A DNA stretch of 63,984 nt, filler included, from Bdellovibrionota bacterium (GTDB lineage: Bacteria > Bdellovibrionota > Bdellovibrionia > Bdellovibrionales > JAEYZS01): NCBI GenBank assembly GCA_963169515.1. It is 6 parts of 6 records of this genome, joined end to end, with 100 filler letters (N's around TTAATTAATTAA, not from the genome) between each part and the next. Parts side by side here need not be neighbours in the genome. Positions count along the whole stretch, not along the records: positions 1 to 24,837 come from CAUJEF010000062.1; 5 more parts are not named here. One strand, 5' to 3'. The translations under genes were made by a program, and so were the position numbers. Under the pieces are notes generated by a model. The model made no database searches. It saw only the letters and a program-made list of their open reading frames with translations, and had not been told where the DNA came from. This document shows, piece by piece, positions 10,220 through 17,990 of this stretch (positions are counted from its first letter, which is position 1; each line of letters begins with the position of its first letter).

Positions 10220-11059
10220 ATGAAATTCATTTTTTCATTTATTTTATTATTGGTAGGTCAGGCATATGCGTTACCGCTTCCGTATGAAAAAGAAATGCTG
10301 GAGCTGCCAACGTCGTTTACGACAAACTATAATTTTGAGGGCATTGTGAAGTTATCAAATTGCTCTGGGAGTTTGTTTAAATTTGAAAACGCGTCAGATA
10401 CGGATTTCGGTCTTATTTTAACTAATGGCCATTGCCTGGGCGGTAGTTTTTTACAGCCAGACCAGTTCGTTTTTCGCAAAACTGCCAGTCGTAGTTTTGG
10501 CTTGCTAAATCCTGCAGGAACATCAGTTATTGGTACTGTTTATGCAAACCGAATAGAGTATGGGACAATGACGTTGACTGATTTGTCGGTTTATCGTTTG
10601 ACGGAAACCTATGCCCAAATTTTTCAAAAATATAATATTCGTCCGCTTGTGATGGCGTCGGAACGTGCCGCTGAAGGCACGGCAATGGATGTAATTTCGG
10701 GTTACTGGCAGCGAGGCTATTCCTGTTATGTTGAACGATTTGTAAACCTATTAAAAGAAGACAGTTGGACATGGAAAGAATCGCTACGATATTCGCGCCC
10801 AGGCTGTGAAACCATTGGCGGGACGTCGGGCTCCCCAATTGTGGTATCGGGTGGACGCACAATCATCGGCGTCAACAATACGGGCAATGAGGACGGCCAG
10901 AAATGTACAATGAATAATCCGTGCGAAGTGGACGAAAACGGAAATATTATTTTTGAACAAGGCGTTTCTTATGGGCAGCAGACATATTGGTTGTACTATT
11001 GCTTAAACGAAAAAAGCGAAATCGACGTAACCATTCAAGGATGTTTGTTGCCGCATTAG
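10220..11059 (+). CDS. Secreted trypsin-like (S1) serine protease
   Basis: Signal peptide, CSGS, LTNGHC, TDLSVY, GGTSGSP catalytic triad motifs. Confidence 0.9.
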   Translation: MKFIFSFILLLVGQAYALPLPYEKEMLELPTSFTTNYNFEGIVKLSNCSGSLFKFENASDTDFGLILTNGHCLGGSFLQPDQFVFRKTASRSFGLLNPAGTSVIGTVYANRIEYGTMTLTDLSVYRLTETYAQIFQKYNIRPLVMASERAAEGTAMDVISGYWQRGYSCYVERFVNLLKEDSWTWKESLRYSRPGCETIGGTSGSPIVVSGGRTIIGVNNTGNEDGQKCTMNNPCEVDENGNIIFEQGVSYGQQTYWLYYCLNEKSEIDVTIQGCLLPH

Positions 11060-11069
11060 CTGCAAAAAC

Positions 11070-12428
11070 TTAGGGCATTTTGAAAACGTGGACTCGTCCA
11101 TTGACCGAGTTCACGACAATCGCCATTTCTGATCCGTCTTTAAATTCTACGACCCGAAATCGGCCATAGGTCCCATTGCTGTTGCGTTGTGGAATGGCTG
11201 CGCCCGAACCTGTGATCCCCAAGCTTTGGAATGTCCACGCGCTTGGCGATCGAGCGTTGCCACCAAGATATCGGAATTCATTTACGGCGGCCCCATTTAT
11301 CCAATGGATAAATGCCTGCCGACGATTAGACCATGAAAACCCGGGGTCACTTGAAACTGAAACAGACGCGAGGGTAAAGCTGTCCTGCGCTGGTGCTGAC
11401 AAGTCGCGTGCGCGAATTGAGCTGCCGCCCGAGGTATAAACATAAAGACCTTTTGCGCAATCTGCCGTTGAACCGTAACCGTCGTCCTTGTAGTTTATGT
11501 ATGAGGTCGCCGTCTTGGTGGCGATGTCGAATTTTGTGAGGCTTCTGCCTGATCCAAACATCCAAAATGTATTCGTATCTTGGTCATAGCAGGAAGAGTT
11601 TTCAGCGCCTGCCGAATTGCGCACGGATGATGACAAATTGGTCCAATTGGCTCGGTTTGTCAGTCGTGGCTGTGCTAAATTCAAATAGCTAAAGTAAGGG
11701 TAAACGTAGCCACCAATATTGTTGTATTCGCGACCAAAAATATAAAAATTGTTTTCACTTGGATCGTATTGCAAAAGGTTATAGCTATGAAACGGTCCTG
11801 GCGTGCCATCTGGAAAAAGACCTTCAGCCAAAGGAAAGTTTATAGCGCCGGTGTAAGGCTGTGAAACCAGTCGCCAGGTTTGAGATTCCATATCAAATCC
11901 ATAGACATCATTTCCCCAATAGTCTTGGTGACCGCCGCCATAAACAAGCAAGGTTCCGCTATTTCCCATTCGTCGTGCGAATGCTCCCCCGCTCCACGCA
12001 TCCATAATTGAACTAAATCCAGTATTCGTCGAGTTATAGGGATATGTATAATCAGGTGAAAATCTCACGCTGCTGGTAGTATTGGTACCAATTGCTGTCC
12101 ACACACCGACAGGAAGAGCATCATACCATGCGGGTTTGGTGGGAAGAGAATCTGGGTTTGGAGTTGCGGTTGGTGGAATTGTCGGCGTCGGAGTGGGCGT
12201 ACAGCTACATGTCGGCGTTGGAGTTGGGCTGGGGCGTGGAGTCGGAGTCGGTGGAATTGTCGGAGTCGGAGTCGGAGTCGCGGTTGCGGTTGGTGGCACA
12301 GTTGGTGTTGGAAGGCCTTGTGAGCTTTGCGAGTTAAAATCAAGAGACTTAAATCCTTTACCACAATTGTTGAAAAGGAAAATTAATCCCGTCAAAATTA
12401 CAATTTGCAAAACGTATTTAGTATTCAT
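11070..12428 (-). CDS. FNNCG-family lipoprotein with Pro/Thr stalk and putative beta-propeller head (paralog B)
   Basis: ATG 12428 with AAAGGGG RBS; FNNCGKGFKSLDF; CSC in linker; WSGGA, GGGHQDYWGNDVYGFD motifs. Confidence 0.85.
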   Translation of the reverse strand: MNTKYVLQIVILTGLIFLFNNCGKGFKSLDFNSQSSQGLPTPTVPPTATATPTPTPTIPPTPTPRPSPTPTPTCSCTPTPTPTIPPTATPNPDSLPTKPAWYDALPVGVWTAIGTNTTSSVRFSPDYTYPYNSTNTGFSSIMDAWSGGAFARRMGNSGTLLVYGGGHQDYWGNDVYGFDMESQTWRLVSQPYTGAINFPLAEGLFPDGTPGPFHSYNLLQYDPSENNFYIFGREYNNIGGYVYPYFSYLNLAQPRLTNRANWTNLSSSVRNSAGAENSSCYDQDTNTFWMFGSGRSLTKFDIATKTATSYINYKDDGYGSTADCAKGLYVYTSGGSSIRARDLSAPAQDSFTLASVSVSSDPGFSWSNRRQAFIHWINGAAVNEFRYLGGNARSPSAWTFQSLGITGSGAAIPQRNSNGTYGRFRVVEFKDGSEMAIVVNSVNGRVHVFKMP

Positions 12429-12441
12429 GCCATCCCCTTTG

Positions 12442-13797
12442 TCAAAAATTAGGCTTCCAAATAAAGCATCTTGGCCGCTCTGATACTCCTGAATTTGAGT
12501 ATGGAGCAATCATCAGATAAATGTTGTATTCAGGGATATATGAGGACAACCAAACTTTGTCCCTGTTGCCGGATAGTTCACTGAATCTGTGTGTCACGCC
12601 GGTGTTAACCCATGAATTGTCAGATGTTCGATATTGCCATACGCGTGCGGGCCCGGAGGTGGTGTTTTCAAGAAGAACTGCAAGGCCATTGGGTCCATCC
12701 ATCAGTCGTGCGGAATTGTTACTTCCTGTGCCGCCGCCTGGTATGCCGCCGGAAGGGGCTGTCCCCATGCTGAATACGTCGTTATTACGGCGCACGCCGT
12801 ACATTGTACCGTTGCTCGCGCCGTAACTAAACACGACGGCATCCATTTGTGGAACATAGACTGCAGCGCCATTTGTGCTGCTGCTGGATGGTAATCGAAA
12901 ATCTGACCACTGATCGCTGGTGTGATTGAAAAAGCTGACGCTTCCAAATGGTGGTGATGGAATGACAAACCCGGGTCTTCCGACGCCGAACAGGTTAGGG
13001 TGATACGCTAACGCAAATGGACCCGTTGTGTGCCAGTTGTTTTGTGGCGTGATCGTACGGCCTGCAGCAAACCAATGGGGGTGAAAGTTTGAAAAGGAAG
13101 CGATGGCACCGCTTCTATCTATGTACTGACCATCAAATGTATTGTTTGGGTCAAAATAAGCGAACTGAAAGCCATAGAGTGGCAGGTAATAAAAGCGACC
13201 GTTGCTGGTATCTACAGTTCCTGCATCGTAAGCGTGGCCCGATTGTCGGCCGAGCGGCCATAATGGACCACTTACGTGAACCATCAGTTCCCAAGTGTTC
13301 GTGTCTGCTGAGTAGCGAATATATCTTGCATCGTTGCCAACGCTGGCGTGACGCTTTCCCTGCATATGGAGTTGTCGGCGATTTGGATCCCATGTCAGTC
13401 GGTGGTTCCAGGCCAGATCAAAGCCGTTCACCCAATTATCACCAAAAGTTCCAATATCAAAAGCCGCCGTTTGCCCCTCAGACAGTGCTGCGGCAGCGTC
13501 TCGCAAGCAATGTGCTCCTCGGCAGATTTGTGGCGGGAGCGGTGTTGATGATGGGGGTACAGTTGGAGTGATAGTAGGTGTTGCGGTTGGTGGAATCGTT
13601 GGTGTCGGAGTTGGGCTAGGGCGTGGGGTTGGAGTCGGCGTTGCAGTTGGTGGAATCGTTGGCGTCGGAGTTGGCGTTGGAAGACCTTGTGAGCTTTGCG
13701 AGTTAAAATCAAGAGACTTAAATCCTTTACCACAATTGTTGAAAAGGAAAATCAATCCCATCACAAGAATAAGTTGTGATGCAAATTTAGTATTCAA
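12442..13797 (-). CDS. FNNCG-family lipoprotein with Pro/Thr stalk and divergent putative beta-propeller head (paralog C)
   Basis: TTG start with GGAG RBS; N-terminus identical to paralog D; head with WDPNRRQ, GHAYD and Kelch-like W repeats. Confidence 0.85.
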   Translation of the reverse strand: MNTKFASQLILVMGLIFLFNNCGKGFKSLDFNSQSSQGLPTPTPTPTIPPTATPTPTPRPSPTPTPTIPPTATPTITPTVPPSSTPLPPQICRGAHCLRDAAAALSEGQTAAFDIGTFGDNWVNGFDLAWNHRLTWDPNRRQLHMQGKRHASVGNDARYIRYSADTNTWELMVHVSGPLWPLGRQSGHAYDAGTVDTSNGRFYYLPLYGFQFAYFDPNNTFDGQYIDRSGAIASFSNFHPHWFAAGRTITPQNNWHTTGPFALAYHPNLFGVGRPGFVIPSPPFGSVSFFNHTSDQWSDFRLPSSSSTNGAAVYVPQMDAVVFSYGASNGTMYGVRRNNDVFSMGTAPSGGIPGGGTGSNNSARLMDGPNGLAVLLENTTSGPARVWQYRTSDNSWVNTGVTHRFSELSGNRDKVWLSSYIPEYNIYLMIAPYSNSGVSERPRCFIWKPNF

Positions 13798-13919
13798 GCT
13801 CCCCCCGTATCAGAATGAAACGCGCCTGTGTAGCTTTTTGTCGTGTTCTAGGAGATCGACAAAAAAAGGCTGTGGCTTCAGCTATATTTCTGATATTCCC
13901 CAATTTAAATTAGGTGCAA
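13640..13919. repeat. Direct repeat copy 1 (promoter, signal peptide and start of stalk)
   Basis: Matches 16578-16857 at offset 2938; 11 mismatches counted over 13681-13919 (239 nt). Confidence 0.95.
13853..13880 (-). promoter_or_regulatory. Putative sigma28-type promoter of paralogs C-B
   Basis: TGAAG-N15-GTCGATCT; identical copy at 16791-16818. Confidence 0.45.
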
Positions 13920-13965
13920 ATGAAGTGCCACATGATATTCTATCCAGCCTTGACCATTCAAGACT

Positions 13966-14009
13966 GTATTCCCGATTGGCCTTGACTTTTCGGGAATACG
14001 ATCCATAAT
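13966..14009 (+). promoter_or_regulatory. sigma70-like promoter overlapped by a 10-bp inverted repeat (operator candidate)
   Basis: TTGACT-N16-CATAAT ending 6 nt before ATG 14016; GTATTCCCGA (13966) / TCGGGAATAC (13990) flank the -35. Confidence 0.6.
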
Positions 14010-14015
14010 GGACGG

Positions 14016-15149
14016 ATGATAAAAAGAGATTTAACTGATGCGATCAAAAAAGATCTTGATAGTAAAATCGTAGTTCTGGCGGGGCCTCGTCAATCTGGCA
14101 AGACAACACTTTCAAAGGATCTATTTGCGGAAGCTCAATATTTCAATTTTGATTCTGCTGAAGACCGTGCCCATTTAGCAAAAGGCGAATGGAATAGACA
14201 GAAACAGCTCTTGATTTTTGACGAACTTCACAAAATGAAACGATGGAAAGCTTGGATCAAAGGAATTTATGACAAAGAAGGAACGCGCCCGCGCCTTTTG
14301 GTGACAGGCAGTGCTCGGCTCACACAGTTCAAAAAAACAGGCGATTCCCTTGCTGGCCGACATTTTAATTATCGATTGCATCCCTTCGATCTGAAAGAAC
14401 TCTCCCTCAAAAAATCCATTGAACAGGAAGAAGCATTTTCGACACTTCTTGAGGTTGGTGGTTTTCCGGAGCCGTTCTTGCGCGGACAAAAAAGCTATTA
14501 TAATCGTTGGCGGGCAAGCCATCTAGATCTAATTTTGCGCCAAGATCTTCTTGATATGGAAGTTGTCCGTGACTTGAAAAGCATCGAAATTTTAATTTCC
14601 CTTCTTGCCGAGAGGGTAGGGACTGCTGTCTCCAATGCAAGTCTAGCAACGCAACTGCAAAAAGATCCCAAGACAATTGCCCACTGGCTTGAGCTCCTCG
14701 AAGACCTCTTTGTCATTTTTCGCGTCACACCCTTTCATAAAAATATGGCACGAGCTATTCGTAAAGAACCTAAGTTCTATTTTTACGATATTGCTCAAGT
14801 CCGTGGTGAGCCTGCCGTTCGTTATGAAAATTTAGTTGCGGCATCGCTCCTTAAAGAAATGCAAAGGTTGCACGATGTTGAGGGTGTACGCGGCAATTTA
14901 CATTACCTACGCACTAAGGATGGTCGCGAAATCGATTTTCTTGTCTATTTTGAAGACCATCCAGCGTCTCTCATCGAGGCGAAGTGGGGTGAAAATGATC
15001 TTTCTCCCAATTTCAAAAATTTCGAGAATCATTTTAAAAATGCCAATCGAATTCAACTTGTTGCGAATTTGAAACAAGAGCGCTCGACGTCGGAGGGCCA
15101 CCGTTTCGCTAAAGCATCACGCTGGCTATCTGAATTGAAACTTGTCTGA
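14016..15149 (+). CDS. AAA_14 ATPase with DUF4143 (restriction-endonuclease-like) C-terminal domain
   Basis: GPRQSGKT, FDELHK, LLVTGSA, SLAGR, GGFPE, PKFYFYD, EIDF...IEAK. Confidence 0.9.
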   Translation: MIKRDLTDAIKKDLDSKIVVLAGPRQSGKTTLSKDLFAEAQYFNFDSAEDRAHLAKGEWNRQKQLLIFDELHKMKRWKAWIKGIYDKEGTRPRLLVTGSARLTQFKKTGDSLAGRHFNYRLHPFDLKELSLKKSIEQEEAFSTLLEVGGFPEPFLRGQKSYYNRWRASHLDLILRQDLLDMEVVRDLKSIEILISLLAERVGTAVSNASLATQLQKDPKTIAHWLELLEDLFVIFRVTPFHKNMARAIRKEPKFYFYDIAQVRGEPAVRYENLVAASLLKEMQRLHDVEGVRGNLHYLRTKDGREIDFLVYFEDHPASLIEAKWGENDLSPNFKNFENHFKNANRIQLVANLKQERSTSEGHRFAKASRWLSELKLV

Positions 15150-15211
15150 ACAGTCGGGGACAGATATGTGCGTTCGTTTTGTAGCTCATGGAATCTCTCT
15201 AAATTACTTTT

Positions 15212-16735
15212 CTAAGGAAGTCTAAAAGCGTACACATAGCCCCAGCTTGTATTTTCTCCAGGTTCACCCGAATGGCTGACAACGACCGCGACCTCGACAA
15301 GAGATCCGTTCAGATTAAACTTGGCGACCCTGAAGCGGTTAAAAGTGCCATTACCATTTGTTTCAGGATAAATGCTGCTTGCATTTGAAATCTTCGCCCA
15401 TGAACCGATGGTGAAATTGCGGTTCGTATTGGTGGCAATTCTGAACTCATAGACATCGGCATCGCTGCTCCAATAGATAAAACTATCTCTCGTATCAGAG
15501 TAATCCCAACCATTACCTTGAGATACGGGAGGACCACCAGTGACACTTAATTTTTTTGCGAGGGCAGATGGATTTCTTAAGTCACGATAGTAAACATTTC
15601 GGGCATCGCCACCGTTAAACTGGCCGAATACATAAATATCTTTTATAGGGTCGCAGGAGGCACCATTGCTACCGCCGTGGCCGCTACCATCCCCAGGATA
15701 GTTCGTGTATTGGCCGACAGTCCCATCGGAGTTGGTGATATTGGGATTATACTTTGTAAATCTATTATAAAAACTGTCGGTGGCGGAGTTCCAACTATGC
15801 GGGGGTTCCCAGATCCAGAAAAGGTCACGATTTCGGTCGTAACAGGAAGACCCACCCTCAAGTGCACCGCCGGGGTATGTTTCTTGACTAGTATTTACCT
15901 GGCTGCGTCTCCACATGGTAGGGTTGTATTTGTCTGCTGTAAGATGGTTCAGGTTCAGATGGTGAGCAATGTTTACATGAAGTGGATTGGGAATGCTGAT
16001 GTAAGCTGTCAGAGTCACAAACGTATTTGTTGTGGGTTGGTAGTTCGAAGTATTGTAGGTGTGTGGTGTAATAGGCGAGCCATCCTTAAAAGTTCCAGGC
16101 GTTGTGGCAACCGGAGTCAGATCAGCGCTTGGGTTACTGATGCGTTTCCAAACTCGGTCGTTTAAATCAAAGCCATATACGTCACTGCCGCCATATCCAC
16201 CGTGGCCGCCGCCAAAGACTAAGAGAGCACCAGCAACGCCATAGTTGGATGCAAGTGCACCACCACTCCAATCGTCAACGATACCGCTAATTCCCTCAAC
16301 GCTGGACCATGGAGCTCCACTACGAGGATAACCGAAATCAATTGCTGAATCGACATCCGCAATTTTATTTAAACTAATTGCCTTCCATTGACCGACGGGA
16401 AGGCTGCCTACCCATGCAGGCGCAGGTCGAACACCCGGAATTCCTGCAGGGTTAGGTGGAATTGTCGGCGTCGGAGTGGGCGTACAGCTACATGTTGGCG
16501 TCGGAGTTGGGCTAGGGCGTGGGGTTGGCGATGGGGATACGGATGGAGTGGTAGAGGGTATCGCGGTCGGCGTCGGTGTTGCGGTTGGTGGAATTGTTGG
16601 CGTCGGAGTTGGTGTTGGAAGACCTTGTGAGCTTTGCGAGTTAAAATCGAGAGACTTAAATCCTTTACCACAATTGTTGAAAAGGAAAATCAATCCCATC
16701 ACAAGAATGAGCTGCGATGCAAATTTAGTGTTCAA
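15212..16735 (-). CDS. FNNCG-family lipoprotein with Pro/Thr stalk and putative beta-propeller head (paralog D)
   Basis: TTG start; FNNCGKGFKSLDF; CSC in linker; WSGGA, GGGHGGYGGSDVYGFD, HTYN, NGTFNRFR motifs shared with paralog B. Confidence 0.85.
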   Translation of the reverse strand: MNTKFASQLILVMGLIFLFNNCGKGFKSLDFNSQSSQGLPTPTPTPTIPPTATPTPTAIPSTTPSVSPSPTPRPSPTPTPTCSCTPTPTPTIPPNPAGIPGVRPAPAWVGSLPVGQWKAISLNKIADVDSAIDFGYPRSGAPWSSVEGISGIVDDWSGGALASNYGVAGALLVFGGGHGGYGGSDVYGFDLNDRVWKRISNPSADLTPVATTPGTFKDGSPITPHTYNTSNYQPTTNTFVTLTAYISIPNPLHVNIAHHLNLNHLTADKYNPTMWRRSQVNTSQETYPGGALEGGSSCYDRNRDLFWIWEPPHSWNSATDSFYNRFTKYNPNITNSDGTVGQYTNYPGDGSGHGGSNGASCDPIKDIYVFGQFNGGDARNVYYRDLRNPSALAKKLSVTGGPPVSQGNGWDYSDTRDSFIYWSSDADVYEFRIATNTNRNFTIGSWAKISNASSIYPETNGNGTFNRFRVAKFNLNGSLVEVAVVVSHSGEPGENTSWGYVYAFRLP

Positions 16736-16857
16736 GCTCCCCCCGTATCAGAATGAAACACGCCTGTGTAGCTTTTTGTCGTGTTCTAGAAGATCGACAA
16801 AAAAAGGCTGTGGCTTCAGCTGTATTTCTGATATTCCCCCAATTAAACTAGGTGCAA
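16578..16857. repeat. Direct repeat copy 2 (promoter, signal peptide and start of stalk)
   Basis: Near-identical to 13640-13919; similarity stops abruptly after TAGGTGCAA. Confidence 0.95.
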
Positions 16858-16898
16858 GTAGGTTTATCGCCGCAACCTCCTAAAACGCATTAAAAATT

Positions 16899-16929
16899 GA
16901 TGTACAAGCGTGGTACATCGTGGTACATT
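16899..16929 (+). promoter_or_regulatory. Putative brnTA promoter/operator
   Basis: GATGTAC/GTACATC inverted repeat plus tandem CGTGGTACAT x2; TGnTACATT extended -10 just before ATG 16935. Confidence 0.55.
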
Positions 16930-16934
16930 TAATT

Positions 16935-17210
16935 ATGCGTTTTGAATGGGACCCCAACAAAGAAAAGCAGAACATCGCAAAGCATGGGGTATCGTTTAAA
17001 GACGCTGAAGAGGCATTGACGTGCGGTTTGGTCGTGGTGCTTTCAGAAGACAAACGCCATAGCGAGCAAAGGTTTGTATTTATGGGTCTTTGCAAAAAAC
17101 TGAATGTTTTAGTTGTTGTTGCGGCCTACCCTGATGAGGAAGTAACGCGAATTATTTCAGCCCGTAAGGCTACTAAAAAAGAAAGGCAAATTTATGAAGC
17201 GCAATTATGA
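16935..17210 (+). CDS. brnT: BrnT family toxin (type II TA ribonuclease)
   Basis: MRFEWDPNKEKQNIAKHGVSF...RIISARKATKKER signature. Confidence 0.93.
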   Translation: MRFEWDPNKEKQNIAKHGVSFKDAEEALTCGLVVVLSEDKRHSEQRFVFMGLCKKLNVLVVVAAYPDEEVTRIISARKATKKERQIYEAQL

Positions 17211-17487
17211 TTTTACAAAAGGTGCTGTAATTAAGGGGCCTATTAAATCACGCTCTCAAGTGATCGAGGCGCTTAAGAATCAGCAAAAAACGTTAACTTC
17301 AATTCGTTTGGATAAGGATGTTATTGAAGCTGCAAAAATCCAGGCTCAAGAAGAAGGCGTGGGTTATTTAACATGGTTAAATAAAAAATTACGGGCTGCA
17401 GTTTTAAATGAAGAAAACAAGAGTGACGAATTAAATCGTAGAATTGAAAAATTAGAAAAAGCTGTTTTTAAAAAGAAAGCAATTTAG
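17194..17487 (+). CDS. BrnA-like antitoxin
   Basis: Overlaps brnT; MKRNYDFTKG start, TSIRLDKDVI (RHH), GYLTWLNKKLR. Confidence 0.85.
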   Translation: MKRNYDFTKGAVIKGPIKSRSQVIEALKNQQKTLTSIRLDKDVIEAAKIQAQEEGVGYLTWLNKKLRAAVLNEENKSDELNRRIEKLEKAVFKKKAI

Positions 17488-17680
17488 GCCAAGCGGAGTG
17501 CGACAACAATTTGACGATTAAAAATATTTGAATTGCTGATCTTGCGTATACCCAAACAGTAAATCAAAAATTAAAAACCCCACTCATGTTTGAGGTAGGG
17601 TTTTGCGAGCGAAGGTCAATCATTTAACGAGGGATTTAGTCTGAGCCCCTCCGGTAGGACACCCAAACTTATATTTCTGA

Positions 17681-17870
17681 ACAGAGCTTAGAGCCAATGG
17701 CGTAGAAGCACGGATTCGCATCGTCGAAAAGCTGATCAACAAAGTGGAGCTGCATGAAGACAAAATTAAACTATTTTATTACGTGGGCACGGGTAAAAAC
17801 CGTGACCCCACATTTTTTTTCGGATCACGGTTCGAATTCTCTTGCTAATGGCGGCCCCGGCAAGAATTGA
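17681..17870 (+). pseudogene. Remnant of the C-terminus of a large serine recombinase/integrase
   Basis: ...RIRIVEKLINKVELHEDKIKLFYYVG..., then after a frame change near the T8 run (17813-17820) SDHGSNSLANGGPGKN*, reading into the tRNA 3' end; no start codon. Confidence 0.6.
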
Positions 17871-17925
17871 ACTTGCGACCTGCAGTTTAGGAAACTGATG
17901 CTCTATCCAACTGAGCTACGGGACC
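17849..17925 (-). tRNA. tRNA-Arg(CCT)
   Basis: 77-nt cloverleaf GGTCCCG...CGGGGCCG-CCA; anticodon loop TTCCTAA; T-loop TTCAATT. Confidence 0.97.
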
Positions 17926-17990
17926 GTATGCCTCAGTTATATTTAGTGGGCAGAAATTTTTCAATGTCAATTATGTGCCCCAGAATAAAA

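Noticed and set aside
11286..11294. GGCGGCCCC match to the tRNA-Arg 3' end as a possible second att site
   Set aside because: Only 9 bp, inside an intact coding sequence; expected by chance
11070..16857. Diversity-generating retroelement or shufflon as the source of lipoprotein variation
   Set aside because: No reverse transcriptase, no adenine-specific TR/VR pair, and no intact invertase or inverted crossover sites seen
12082..16883. Gly-Val repeat ORFs on the opposite strand (2617-2817, 12082-12483, 13568-14008, 16476-16883) and Arg-rich ORF 28879-29304
   Set aside because: Antisense shadows of the Pro/Thr-coding stalks
17575..17651. Two imperfect hairpins downstream of brnA as a possible ncRNA
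   Set aside because: Adequately explained as a terminator and island debris; no promoter or family features recognised
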